This document shows, piece after piece, positions 40,736-51,289 of a stretch of DNA of 64,000 bases (within the stretch, counting starts at the first letter, position 1; the number at the start of each line of letters is the position of its first letter). Both the position numbers and the translations under genes were made by a program. The stretch lies in assembly GCA_034417895.1 (NCBI GenBank), contig DAOULT010000027.1, positions 3,738 to 67,737 on the forward strand. The letters run 5' to 3'. This DNA is from Anaerolineae bacterium (lineage in GTDB: Bacteria > Chloroflexota > Anaerolineae > CAZYHC01). The notes beneath the pieces are model-generated. The model was not told where the DNA came from and searched no databases. It saw only the letters and a list, made by a program, of their open reading frames with translations.

Positions 40736-41638
40736 CTACGCCACATCGGCAAAGGTCTTTTCCATGCGGCGGAAGTAATACGCGCCGCTGACTAGCAGAC
40801 CGACGGCCGCGATGGTCGAAACGATCATGATGGGGCCTGGCGCGGTCTCTGTTCCCAGCAGCGCCCAGCGAAAGCCCTCCACCACGCCCACCATCGGGTT
40901 GATGCCATATAGCGTGCGCCAGGGCTCTGAGAGCAGACTGCTGGGGTAGGCAATCGGCGTGGCGAACATCCAGAACTGCACCAGAAACGGCACTGCGTAG
41001 CGTACGTCACGGAACTGCACGTTCATAGCGGAGAGCCACAGGCCCACCCCCAAGGCTGTTGCCAATGCCAGCAGCAATAGAAACGGCAACCACACCACTG
41101 CCACGGTGGGCCACATTCCATAAAAAGCCATCATGGCCAGCAAGGTGGTGAACGCTAAGGCGAAGTCTACCCCGCCGGAAATGACGCTGGAAACGGGCAC
41201 CACCAGGCGTGGGAAGTAAACCTTCTTGATCAGATCGGCGCTTCCCACCAGGCTGTTGGACGACTGGCTCAGCCCATTGGCGAAGAAGGTCCATGGGATC
41301 AGGGCCGCATAGCTGAAGATGGGATAGGGGATGTTATCGGATGGTATACGGGCCAGCCGGCCAAAGAAGATGCTGAAGACCACCATGGTGAAAAACGGTT
41401 GGATGATGGCCCAGGCCGCGCCCAGTACTGTCTGCTTGTAGCGCACCTTGACGTCGCGCCAGGTCAGGAAGTAGAGCAGTTCGCGGTACTCCCACAAATC
41501 ACGAAGTTGTAGAGAGATCCATCCTCGTGACGGTCGAATGGTGACTGTAGGCACAGACCTGCTCTGTTGCCCAGGCTCTGGCTCATGCATCTCCTGGCCC
41601 TCATCGGCCTTACCTGCCGCGCTTTTGATCAATTCCAT
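40736..41638 (-). CDS. wzm: Glycan ABC exporter permease
   Basis: DVKVRYKQTVLGAAW, YFPRL, NPMVGVVE. Confidence 0.93.
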   Translation of the reverse strand: MELIKSAAGKADEGQEMHEPEPGQQSRSVPTVTIRPSRGWISLQLRDLWEYRELLYFLTWRDVKVRYKQTVLGAAWAIIQPFFTMVVFSIFFGRLARIPSDNIPYPIFSYAALIPWTFFANGLSQSSNSLVGSADLIKKVYFPRLVVPVSSVISGGVDFALAFTTLLAMMAFYGMWPTVAVVWLPFLLLLALATALGVGLWLSAMNVQFRDVRYAVPFLVQFWMFATPIAYPSSLLSEPWRTLYGINPMVGVVEGFRWALLGTETAPGPIMIVSTIAAVGLLVSGAYYFRRMEKTFADVA

Positions 41639-41705
41639 GGGTAACTCGATTCACTCCACACTGGCCGGGGCTTGCATGGACACCCCTATGCCGTAAGATC
41701 TACTA

Positions 41706-41734
41706 AGTATAGCACCTGCAAGCACGTTTGTCAA
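41706..41734 (-). promoter_or_regulatory. Sigma70-type internal promoter upstream of wzm
   Basis: Minus strand TTGACA-N17-TATACT with TG extension, in the fcl-wzm gap. Confidence 0.75.
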
Positions 41735-41789
41735 TTAACGTTGGCCCGGGATCTTGCATTGCCCCCCTGGCATGAGGCTCGCTCTCTCG

Positions 41790-42794
<1,005 letters not shown>

Positions 42795-42815
42795 TTACTA
42801 TCCACGGGTTAATTC

Positions 42816-43616
42816 TTATATTTTTGTAAGCTCAAAAATGCCGCAGCCATAACTACACGAATAATTATTCTGAATATCTTGAAGGTTTAATTGAACTTCT
42901 CTGAATAATTTACCTCTATCATCCACATAAGAAAAAGAATCTATTCTGTACCTGCCCTCCAAAAGTTCTAGTAGATACTTTACGGAAAAAACTCTATGGG
43001 CATGAAATTCAATTCTTTGCTCACCAATTGGCACAGAAAAATAAAACTTGCCCTCTGCCTTTAGCATCTCGTAAATGTTATCCAAGCCTTTCAGATGACC
43101 ATTGGGATCAACTTTCCCTCCATATCTACCGAGTCCTAAATGTTCTATTACGTGTAATGAAGAAATTGAATCACAGTAGTCATATAAATCAAAATCATCG
43201 GCCATAATATCAGCACGCTTAAATTTTATATTCAGAATGTCAATATCTAAATCTCTTATATCGAAAACTTCGATTGCTCTGAAAGAGGCAACGTGAGCAA
43301 CAAAACCATCTACCCTTGAGCCAATATCTACGTGCTTGATTGGATTATTTTGAAATATCTTATTGGCAACCAGCAAATCTTGATGAAAATAATGACCGGA
43401 TGCTGTACCACTTTGGATGAACCTATCCGTCAGGCAAAGATAAAACTTACTAATGCGAAAAGGAGATTGGGATTGGCTTAATTGCTTCTTGAACTCGAAA
43501 TAGTCCTTCAGGAAAGGAGGAAATCCTTTCATTGACCTGCAAAACTTCAAGAGGTCGATGCCTACGGGAGACGGCACTGAAAGGAGCTGCGCCAGAACCC
43601 GCTTTATCGGGCGCAT
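42816..43616 (-). CDS. DUF268-family (methyltransferase-like) protein
   Basis: HYFHQDL, HVDIGSRVDGFV, SLHVIEHLGLGRYG, FHAHRVF. Confidence 0.75.
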   Translation of the reverse strand: MRPIKRVLAQLLSVPSPVGIDLLKFCRSMKGFPPFLKDYFEFKKQLSQSQSPFRISKFYLCLTDRFIQSGTASGHYFHQDLLVANKIFQNNPIKHVDIGSRVDGFVAHVASFRAIEVFDIRDLDIDILNIKFKRADIMADDFDLYDYCDSISSLHVIEHLGLGRYGGKVDPNGHLKGLDNIYEMLKAEGKFYFSVPIGEQRIEFHAHRVFSVKYLLELLEGRYRIDSFSYVDDRGKLFREVQLNLQDIQNNYSCSYGCGIFELTKI

Positions 43617-43630
43617 TTTAATCTCCTCTC

Positions 43631-45364
43631 CTATACGTTTGTCCGAACGGTGATAAGGCTCATTTTCTTCCGAAGGCGCGCAAACAACATTTTCAATATC
43701 AAACTCAATCTAAGTTCTAAGGCAAGCTGAACGATCAAATTCAAACTTCGGCTCACTCGCACCCAACCATCACGATACTGTTCAGATTTCCACTTCAGGT
43801 CGCCAGCCTGCACAGCCTTCGACGGAATAACGGCCAGTGAATAATCGAGTTCAATGTAGCGGAATCTTTGCCGGGCAACGTTTAGTCTCTCTTGCAACTG
43901 GGGTGACATCATGCCCTCTTCCAGAAACGATTGGAATTCATCAAGATGCTCTTGCAACTTTGCGCCAGTCGCCATGATGCTAGAGGGAACGATGAAGTAA
44001 CACGCCTGTTTGTTCGAGCTACGGTCGGGGGCATGGCGGTACGAGTACCGTAGAGCTTCATGCCTGGAAGCGATTGAAATGCCTGTGCCCGCCAGGTTCA
44101 CTTCAATGCCCTCTCGAGCGTCGTTATCCAGGGCAAAGGCCTGCATCTGCAATTTCTCTGGCTCCCAAACATCTCCGTCTCTAACGAAGGCTACGTAGTC
44201 ACAATCCAGGGCCGTAAGCGCTTCTCTGATGCCTCCCATTTTTCGAACAGGAGCCTGAAAACTCTTCGCTTGTGCTTCATCTCCCACCAGGTACACTTCA
44301 AAATTGCTATGCGTTTGAGCGTTAATTGATTGTATTGTTTCGGTACATAAATCGCTCTTTGTACTACTTGTCAGGTAAACCAATCCTACCTTTGTATCGG
44401 TAGTCTGGCTTACATTCCTACCTCCTGCTCTGCCAGCAGCAGCCTGGGCAAAAATTTTATCCAATTGTTTCTCCCAGGTATGCTCCCGCTGTGCTCGCTG
44501 ATATGCTTTACTGGCAATTCTTTCGCGTTCTATGTCGTGCTCTAAATAGTACCTGACCTTTTCCAGCAAGTCTTCGAACGTTGTAAAGGTGACAATCTCT
44601 TCACCCAGGCGAAAGTAATCGTTCAAATAGGGCCTTTCTTCAGTCAATTGAAAGCCCCGGCATCCAGCGATTTCGAAGGTGCTCCCTTTCAGTTGGGTGC
44701 TTCCACCTACGGAGGATCTGGCGGGGTTGAGATTGATGCGTGTCTTGCAAATAGTTAGCACCATATCCTCAACTGAAAGATATCCGCCCCATCTATCTTT
44801 AAGATCAGGGATACTACCCCAGCCCGGACCAAATAAGCGGACATCAATGCCATGCCCTACCAAATAGCGAACCAATTCAACCCGGTTCGAATGCGGCGCA
44901 CCAATCAGCGAAACATCGTATTCCCTGGCAATTTCCACCGGACGAAAGACCTTGTGATTGTACGCCCACTGTGAAAGAATAACGTTTTGGAAACCGTGTT
45001 CTTTGTACCAGGGCAAACTGCCTTTGGAAGTGGTAACACACCAGTCGAAACATTGACCATAGTGCCTGGTCGTTTCGTGGAACCGCCACTCGTCATCGGT
45101 CAAAAATAGAATTTTCTGCGGGATCTGCAAGGACTTGATGTGGTGCATTTTCAATGGAATGAGACCCGCAGTCATTAACAAACACTCATAATGTTTTTTT
45201 TGATGCATTTGTTCAATCAAACGGTAGCTCCCTTGTTTGTCCCGCGGATCAACGGAAAGGTGATCGAATCCTAAGCTGACTAAATAGTCAACCCAGTGTG
45301 GTGCGAAGTAGCTGCCCTTCTGATATGAAATGAACAAGCCTTTCCTGGTAGTCAGGTCTCGCAT
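43631..45364 (-). CDS. CgeB-like glycosyltransferase fused to a degenerate GT-A domain
   Basis: YDVSLIG, RINLN, FEIAGC, YYLEHDIERERIA, HTWEKQL; C-terminal IQSINAQT, FVRDGDVW. Confidence 0.75.
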   Translation of the reverse strand: MRDLTTRKGLFISYQKGSYFAPHWVDYLVSLGFDHLSVDPRDKQGSYRLIEQMHQKKHYECLLMTAGLIPLKMHHIKSLQIPQKILFLTDDEWRFHETTRHYGQCFDWCVTTSKGSLPWYKEHGFQNVILSQWAYNHKVFRPVEIAREYDVSLIGAPHSNRVELVRYLVGHGIDVRLFGPGWGSIPDLKDRWGGYLSVEDMVLTICKTRINLNPARSSVGGSTQLKGSTFEIAGCRGFQLTEERPYLNDYFRLGEEIVTFTTFEDLLEKVRYYLEHDIERERIASKAYQRAQREHTWEKQLDKIFAQAAAGRAGGRNVSQTTDTKVGLVYLTSSTKSDLCTETIQSINAQTHSNFEVYLVGDEAQAKSFQAPVRKMGGIREALTALDCDYVAFVRDGDVWEPEKLQMQAFALDNDAREGIEVNLAGTGISIASRHEALRYSYRHAPDRSSNKQACYFIVPSSIMATGAKLQEHLDEFQSFLEEGMMSPQLQERLNVARQRFRYIELDYSLAVIPSKAVQAGDLKWKSEQYRDGWVRVSRSLNLIVQLALELRLSLILKMLFARLRKKMSLITVRTNV

Positions 45365-45394
45365 GGTTAGCTCTCTAACAAAACCCCTCTCACT

Positions 45395-46492
45395 TCAGAG
45401 GATCAAGTCACACAACTGCTCACCAACCACGGAGGGCGGCATTTTCAAAGGAATCGAAACGAGCTGCATTGATGGAACGGCGTTGAGCGATTGGCGCAAT
45501 ATATCCTCGGCCTGTTGGAGATAGGTCCGCACGGATACATGGCGATGGGTCAGCCAGGAGTACAAGAAGCGAAGCAAACTATGCCATTCATGGTACGTTA
45601 CATCTAGCATGAAAGCGACAAGTTGTTCTCGGTCCAGCGCATTCACGGTTATTCGATCCACTTTGCCATCTCGCACCAGCAAGTACACGTGGTCAAGTGG
45701 AACAGCAGTTTTTGCCAACGAACGTTCTGGCAATACACGGCGCGGCGCCACTGCGATGTAGCCATTACCGCGTATGATGTTGTCTGGTGGTTGCCACGGG
45801 ATGCCCAGGTGGTCACACAGCATGTACCGCAATTTGTTGTACACACGCCACGAAAAGGTTCGAGGTTTGCATTTGATCTGATTCTCAGCAAAAAAACAGG
45901 GGAATAACGGTTGGTGGTATGCATACAGGGCAAAGGGACGCAGGTACGGCTCAAGCTGCCCGGGCCGGGTCAGGATCACCAGATCATCGCCCAGGATTTG
46001 AACTCGCTCATCCTGCACAGCCTGCGCCACAAACGCCGTTTTCCCAACCCCACCGAAGGCCGGCAACAAGATGCCTGTCCCATCCACACTGATGGCGGCT
46101 GCATGGACAAAGGTTTTATCCTGCTGGAGGAGAAGTTCCTGCAACAGAAACGGTAACGACAAGACCCCATATAGGGAGCACCAGAAATCCAATGCCCCCT
46201 CAGTCACACGTATAGCTATTTCCTGCTGGGTATCCACGTAAATGTGGTCATCAAAGAAGCAATAACCGGGCACAATGCGCCCTGCTGTACTCTTTCCGAT
46301 GGGGAGCTTAGAATAGTCACGAATAGTCAGAGTATGTGTTATATTTGAGGCCCTATCTCCATCTCCCTGTCCCTGAGCCTGGAAACCGTCAAGTTGCCAG
46401 AACACACGAATTTTGAGCTGTCTTTCCCGCTTGCTATCGGCGGACGGGGCCACGTTGACCGCAATGCTGCCGATTCGATATTGGCTATCCAT
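45395..46492 (-). CDS. HPr-kinase-like P-loop protein
   Basis: VHAAAI followed by Walker A AFGGVGKT and LGDD, as in the HprK C-terminal fold. Confidence 0.6.
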   Translation of the reverse strand: MDSQYRIGSIAVNVAPSADSKRERQLKIRVFWQLDGFQAQGQGDGDRASNITHTLTIRDYSKLPIGKSTAGRIVPGYCFFDDHIYVDTQQEIAIRVTEGALDFWCSLYGVLSLPFLLQELLLQQDKTFVHAAAISVDGTGILLPAFGGVGKTAFVAQAVQDERVQILGDDLVILTRPGQLEPYLRPFALYAYHQPLFPCFFAENQIKCKPRTFSWRVYNKLRYMLCDHLGIPWQPPDNIIRGNGYIAVAPRRVLPERSLAKTAVPLDHVYLLVRDGKVDRITVNALDREQLVAFMLDVTYHEWHSLLRFLYSWLTHRHVSVRTYLQQAEDILRQSLNAVPSMQLVSIPLKMPPSVVGEQLCDLIL

Positions 46493-47461
46493 TTATGTGC
46501 GCGCTACTCCCTTGCCACGAACGATATCCCAAACTCCCTCCAACCAACCTTTTGCCCAACGCAGGCTGCGACTCGGGTTGCGATTGCAGAAGGACAGCAC
46601 CAGCAATCCAAGCGTCGCCCACAGGTAATAGAAAATGCATGACCGACAGCTAGGATACACATTCTTAAAAAAAAGATAATGGTGATTAATTAGATACATT
46701 TTATACCTGGCAGCGATTTTTTGATCCGGTAACCGAGGCTTATTATGAATCAGGACAGCTTCGGGATTGTAAAACAGCTTATGATTCCTGGAGACACGGT
46801 AGGAAAAATCAACGTCTTCCATAAAGCTGTAGTCGGAGAGTGCTTCGTCAAACGCAAAATCCTGAAGAACGTCTGCGCGATAGGCCATCGAGCACCCACT
46901 TAAAATGTCAACCTCAAGGAACTCTGGGCGTCCATAGGAATGGGTCGGCAATCCTGATTTTTGTAACCTGCCGGAGCCTCCAGGTCGCTGGAGGTAGAAT
47001 AGGCGCTGTAAGATATAGCGAATGTCTCGCGTATTGACGGTGACCCCTTGGATCGTTCCCATGCCACCCATGTATTCAGGGTGTGCTTCAAACACCTGCA
47101 TCATTTTAGCGATGTAATCCGCCATAAGAACCACATCGTCATCGAAAAAGAAGACGATATCGGCGTTGGCCCGTGCAATGCCCCGGTTGCGTTGTAATGT
47201 CAGTCCCCGTTCCGTATGCAGGTAGTCCAACTGCGTATCAGGAAAATAATACTGGCTGGAAAACGCGCTGTTGAAAGCAGGGAAGGTATCCATGCGCGGC
47301 TCGCTGCTGTCCACAACGATCAACTGGTCAACTGGCCGGGTTTGGCTGGCAATGGAGTGCAAGCAGGCCACCAGATCATCCGGACGGTTCAATGTACAAA
47401 TGACTATCCCAGCAGATAAAGAACTACTACTGTTTGAAAGTGTCATTCCGATCATTGACAC
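46493..47461 (-). CDS. Glycosyltransferase family 2
   Basis: [29 protein letters not shown]...EDVDFS. Confidence 0.9.
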   Translation of the reverse strand: MSMIGMTLSNSSSSLSAGIVICTLNRPDDLVACLHSIASQTRPVDQLIVVDSSEPRMDTFPAFNSAFSSQYYFPDTQLDYLHTERGLTLQRNRGIARANADIVFFFDDDVVLMADYIAKMMQVFEAHPEYMGGMGTIQGVTVNTRDIRYILQRLFYLQRPGGSGRLQKSGLPTHSYGRPEFLEVDILSGCSMAYRADVLQDFAFDEALSDYSFMEDVDFSYRVSRNHKLFYNPEAVLIHNKPRLPDQKIAARYKMYLINHHYLFFKNVYPSCRSCIFYYLWATLGLLVLSFCNRNPSRSLRWAKGWLEGVWDIVRGKGVART

Positions 47462-47579
47462 CTATGCCTGCTACTTGGAAACCGTGGGTGGCAAACATCG
47501 CCGCTGTGGGGAGGCCAATATATCCGAGGCCCAGAACACAGATCTTTTCGAATCCAACGTCTGAGGACGTGGCTTCCAC
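47427..47579 (-). pseudogene. wecC: 5' stub of a nucleotide-sugar dehydrogenase (WecC/WbpA-like)
   Basis: Hand translation from GTG 47579 (RBS AGGAGG): [50 protein letters not shown]. The Rossmann start is intact and the stop follows 50 codons. Confidence 0.8.
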
Positions 47580-47617
47580 CGATTCTCCTCCTCATATAGA
47601 GTTTGCTCAACGCGCAG

Positions 47618-47626
47618 TGGTATAAT
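47618..47626 (+). promoter_or_regulatory. Extended -10 element (TGGTATAAT) facing into the cluster leader
   Basis: Perfect TGnTATAAT with no clear -35; immediately precedes a long hairpin. Confidence 0.4.
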
Positions 47627-47793
47627 GGAACAGGCCTAAAAACAATAATCTCGCCAGAGTGGATTTGCCTCCGGCCAGATTTCTATACTACCTCTCGTCG
47701 GGGTGCCAGATCCACCCTGGCCGCTGCCTCGGGCTCTGTCTCAGCCGCGAGGTTTTGTTTAGGACGACGATAAAGTACCCTCAGAGCTTTTTG

Positions 47794-47822
47794 ATTATAC
47801 CACAAACTCCTCTCGCCCGCAA
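47794..47822 (-). promoter_or_regulatory. Sigma70-type promoter of the glycan cluster
   Basis: Minus strand TTGCGG-N17-TATAAT with TG extension, about 215 nt upstream of the first gene. Confidence 0.65.
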
Positions 47823-48012
47823 ATTTTGTATTTGCCGGGGGCGTGCGTCAGGATGGGGGTGAGTTTCAAGCGGCTCTTGATGAGGCACGCTTCATGCACA
47901 ACTGTGTACTACCATCCCAGGCAGGTGACTGCCAGGGGCGCCCGTCCCAGGAAGTTCATCCTGAAGTAACGGCAGTCAGGGGGTACGTAATTAATGGACT
48001 CGATAAGTGGAA

Positions 48013-50178
48013 TCAGGGAGCGGGCGTGAGGGTCGGCGCTGGAGTGATCTCGAAGCCAAAGAAAGCCTCGATTACCTGCCGGAAGATGGGGGCCGCCACC
48101 TTGGAGCCTTCGCCGCCCTGCTCGATCACTACGGCCACGGCGATCTGGGGGTCGTCGGCCGGGGCGTAACCAGCAAACCAGGCGTGAGGTTCGTCGCCGG
48201 GGTTTTCAGCCGTGCCGGTCTTACCGGCCACCGGCACTTCCAGGCCCGCAAAAGCCTCTTTAGCCGTGCCGTAGGATTGGGTGGTCACCCCCAGCAGCGC
48301 TTCCTGGATGACGGCCAGGTTTTCCGCGCTGAGGGGCAGGCGGCCCATCTCCTGCGGGGCAAAGGTCTGTTCCGGCTCCTCTGGTAAGGCGTCCACTCTG
48401 AGAATGGCTTGAGGGTGATAGAGGATGCCCCTGTGGCCTATGGCCGCCAGCATGACGGCCACCTGCAAGGGCGTAACCAGCATGTAGCCCTGCCCGATAG
48501 CCAGGTTGACCGAATCGCCCGGAAACCAGGCTTCGCCCAGGGCCTCTCGTTTCCAGGCCGGGTCAGGGGCCAGGCCGGCCGCCTCGTCGAAACCTTCCAG
48601 GCCGGTCGGACGGCCCAGGCCGAACTGTCGGGCGTAGCCGGCCAGTAGAGCGCGGTCGCGTTCGTCACAGTACTGGCCCAGCTCGTAGAAGACCACGTCG
48701 CAGGAGGCGGTCAGGCCCGCGCTCAGGCTGATCGTGCCATGTCCTCGTTTCAGCCAGCAGGTCTTGGTCCAGGCTGGCCCCAGGCCCTGCCAGGTGCCGG
48801 TGCATTCGAAGGTCGAGTCTGGCGTGAAGTCTCCCTCTTCCAGGGCCACAGCCGTGGTCACGATCTTAAAGACCGAGCCTGGGGCGTATGTGCCCTGAAT
48901 GGCCCGGTCGAGGAGGGGCTGGCTGGGGTCAGATAGCAGGGCCTGCCACTGTTCGGTCGTCATCTTGGCGGCGAAGAAGTTGGGGTCGAAGGTTGGAGAA
49001 CTGGCGATAGCCAATATCTGGCCGCTGCTGGGATCGAGGGCCACAATAGCTCCCACCCGCTCGCCCAGGATGGCCTGCACCTTCTCCTGAAAATCGCGGT
49101 CTATGGTGCTGTAGATGCTGCGGCTGGGGGAGGCAGACCGTTCCTGGAGAGTGGTCACCAGGTCGCCCTGGGGGGTGATGACGGTCAGCACCCCTCCCCG
49201 TCGGCCGGCCAGGTATTTTTCTCCCCAACGCTCCAGGCCGGCCTTGCCCACCAACTCATCTCCGCCATAGCCTCTGGCGGCCCACAGGGCCAGCTCGGCC
49301 TGGTCTATCGGCCCCAGGTAGCCTATCAGGTGAGCGGCCAGACCGCCAGGACGGTAGGCGCGGACGTAATCCTGCCGGAGTTCGACGCCGGGCAGGTTAT
49401 CCAGGACGTGGGCGTGGGCCTCGTAGGTTTCCACCGAGATGTCTGCGATAGGAACGAACCAATCGGGCCGGGCGGCGGCGTATCTGGCCTTGATCTTCTC
49501 CGCTTCCAGGCCGGTGATGCGACTCAACTCCGCCAGAAGCCGCGCTTCGTCCTCGATGCGGCCAGGTACCGCCCCCACCACGACCACCACTCCTTCGGTA
49601 GCCAGGCCCCGCCCCTCGCGATCGTAGATGTTGCCCCGCGAGGGAATGCGGTCGATCATGTGCAACAGCATGGTGTCGCCCAGTTCGGGCAGGATGAGCC
49701 TGGGAGACCAGTCTATCCCCCAGCGGGCGCCTTCCTGGTCGCTTTCCGGGGAGCTTTCCAGGGAGAGGGTCATGGTATTCTCGGCCTCGATGGGGCCGAC
49801 CAGGATCGTGTCCAGGGTCAGGCTATAGGCCACCTGAGCGCGGTCGCCTTTCTGGAGCGCGGAACGCAGCCGGGTGGCGACGGAGATGATGGTCGCCTCG
49901 GCCGCCACGTCCTGGTAACGCTCGACGAAAGCCTGGCGGCTGATGGCCGCTTTGGCCCCGGAGGACAGGAGGTCGTACATGGCGTGGTAGTCGCCGAGTT
50001 CCCAGGCTTGCAGGAAAGCCTGGGCCGCCGCTTCGGAACGGGGCGGGATGGGCGTGGCCGTCGGCTCAAATTGCAGGAAAGAGGACAGCGACTGGCAGGA
50101 GAGAGAGAATAACACCACGACCAGGAGGAGCGTCCAGCTATACCTTTGAATTGCTGTGACCCTTTTGTTGCCCTTCAT
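48013..50178 (-). CDS. Class B penicillin-binding protein (PBP2/MrdA-like) with lipoprotein signal and NTF2-like N-domain
   Basis: FSLSC lipobox; PGSVFK (SxxK), SCD, KTGTAE, HAWF. Start moved to ATG 50178 because a consensus promoter lies inside the ORF-track extension. Confidence 0.9.
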   Translation of the reverse strand: MKGNKRVTAIQRYSWTLLLVVVLFSLSCQSLSSFLQFEPTATPIPPRSEAAAQAFLQAWELGDYHAMYDLLSSGAKAAISRQAFVERYQDVAAEATIISVATRLRSALQKGDRAQVAYSLTLDTILVGPIEAENTMTLSLESSPESDQEGARWGIDWSPRLILPELGDTMLLHMIDRIPSRGNIYDREGRGLATEGVVVVVGAVPGRIEDEARLLAELSRITGLEAEKIKARYAAARPDWFVPIADISVETYEAHAHVLDNLPGVELRQDYVRAYRPGGLAAHLIGYLGPIDQAELALWAARGYGGDELVGKAGLERWGEKYLAGRRGGVLTVITPQGDLVTTLQERSASPSRSIYSTIDRDFQEKVQAILGERVGAIVALDPSSGQILAIASSPTFDPNFFAAKMTTEQWQALLSDPSQPLLDRAIQGTYAPGSVFKIVTTAVALEEGDFTPDSTFECTGTWQGLGPAWTKTCWLKRGHGTISLSAGLTASCDVVFYELGQYCDERDRALLAGYARQFGLGRPTGLEGFDEAAGLAPDPAWKREALGEAWFPGDSVNLAIGQGYMLVTPLQVAVMLAAIGHRGILYHPQAILRVDALPEEPEQTFAPQEMGRLPLSAENLAVIQEALLGVTTQSYGTAKEAFAGLEVPVAGKTGTAENPGDEPHAWFAGYAPADDPQIAVAVVIEQGGEGSKVAAPIFRQVIEAFFGFEITPAPTLTPAP

Positions 50179-50196
50179 CTTCAACCCCCAGGTTGG

Positions 50197-50225
50197 ATTA
50201 TACCCCCGTTCGATGTCCACGTCAA
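50197..50225 (-). promoter_or_regulatory. Sigma70-type promoter of the PBP gene
   Basis: Minus strand TTGACG-N17-TATAAT. Confidence 0.75.
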
Positions 50226-50298
50226 TGGAGACTTCCGGGCTTGACCAGGCCACCGTGTTCGTGGCGCTGATGTACGTGCCACCCTCGTTTTGCAACTG

Positions 50299-50327
50299 TT
50301 GACCTTCGCGTCTCTCTGGTGTATACT
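50299..50327 (+). promoter_or_regulatory. Sigma70-type promoter of the divergent operon
   Basis: TTGACC-N17-TATACT, then RBS GAGGAGG before ATG 50360. Confidence 0.75.
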
Positions 50328-50359
50328 ACTATTTAAAAGCGCATGGCGAGGAGGGTTGA

Positions 50360-51289
50360 ATGAGAGCGTTGATCACCGGGGGGGCAGGCTTTCTGGGTTC
50401 GCATTTGTGCGACCTGCTTTTGGCCGCAGGACACGAAGTTATCGCTATGGACAACCTGATCACAGGTTCGATGCGCAACATCGAACATCTGTTTGGACAC
50501 GAGCGTTTCTTATTCATCAAGCACGATGTCACCAATTACATTTACGTCCCAGGCCAGTTAGACTACATCCTTCATTTCGCTTCCCCGGCCAGTCCGATTG
50601 ACTATCTGGAATTGCCTATTCAGACCCTCAAGGTTGGGGCATTGGGCACGCACAAAGCTCTGGGTCTGGCGCTGGCTAAAGGGGCCCGTTTCCTGCTGGC
50701 CTCCACCTCGGAGGTCTACGGCGATCCCCTGGCGCATCCTCAGAAAGAGAACTATTGGGGTAACGTCAATCCTATTGGCCCGCGCGGGGTCTACGACGAG
50801 GCCAAACGCTTTGCCGAAGCCATGACTATGGCCTATCACCGTTCTCATGGCGTGGAAACGCGCATCTCCAGGATATTCAACACCTATGGCCCGCGGATGC
50901 GTCTCAACGATGGCCGGGTGGTGCCCAATTTTATCGGCCAGGCTCTACGGGGCGAGCCGCTGACGGTCTACGGCGATGGCTCCCAGACCCGGAGTTTCTG
51001 TTACGTTTCCGATTTGATCGATGGTATCTATAAGCTTCTCCTCTCTGACGAGGTGGAACCTGTGAACCTCGGCAACCCCCGCGAGATGAGCATCCTGGAA
51101 TTTGCGCACACCATCAATGCCCTGACCAAAAACCAGGCCGGTATCGCTTACCAACCTCTTCCTGTCGATGACCCCAAGGTGCGCCGTCCCGACATTGGCA
51201 AGGCCCAAAAAACGCTGAATTGGGAGCCTGGGGTTAGCCTGGAAGAAGGGCTGAAAAAGACCATAGGATGGTTCAGGGACAAGGTCTGA
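50360..51289 (+). CDS. UDP-glucuronate decarboxylase (UDP-xylose synthase-like)
   Basis: [58 protein letters not shown]. Confidence 0.9.
   Translation: MRALITGGAGFLGSHLCDLLLAAGHEVIAMDNLITGSMRNIEHLFGHERFLFIKHDVTNYIYVPGQLDYILHFASPASPIDYLELPIQTLKVGALGTHKALGLALAKGARFLLASTSEVYGDPLAHPQKENYWGNVNPIGPRGVYDEAKRFAEAMTMAYHRSHGVETRISRIFNTYGPRMRLNDGRVVPNFIGQALRGEPLTVYGDGSQTRSFCYVSDLIDGIYKLLLSDEVEPVNLGNPREMSILEFAHTINALTKNQAGIAYQPLPVDDPKVRRPDIGKAQKTLNWEPGVSLEEGLKKTIGWFRDKV

Noticed and set aside
47680-47915. GGTAGTA motifs on the minus strand resembling ops/JUMPstart
   Set aside because: They do not match GGCGGTAG, and no RfaH/NusG paralogue is in the window.
50179-50295. N-terminal extension of the PBP ORF
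   Set aside because: It contains a consensus TTGACG-17-TATAAT promoter, and the signal peptide begins at ATG 50178.
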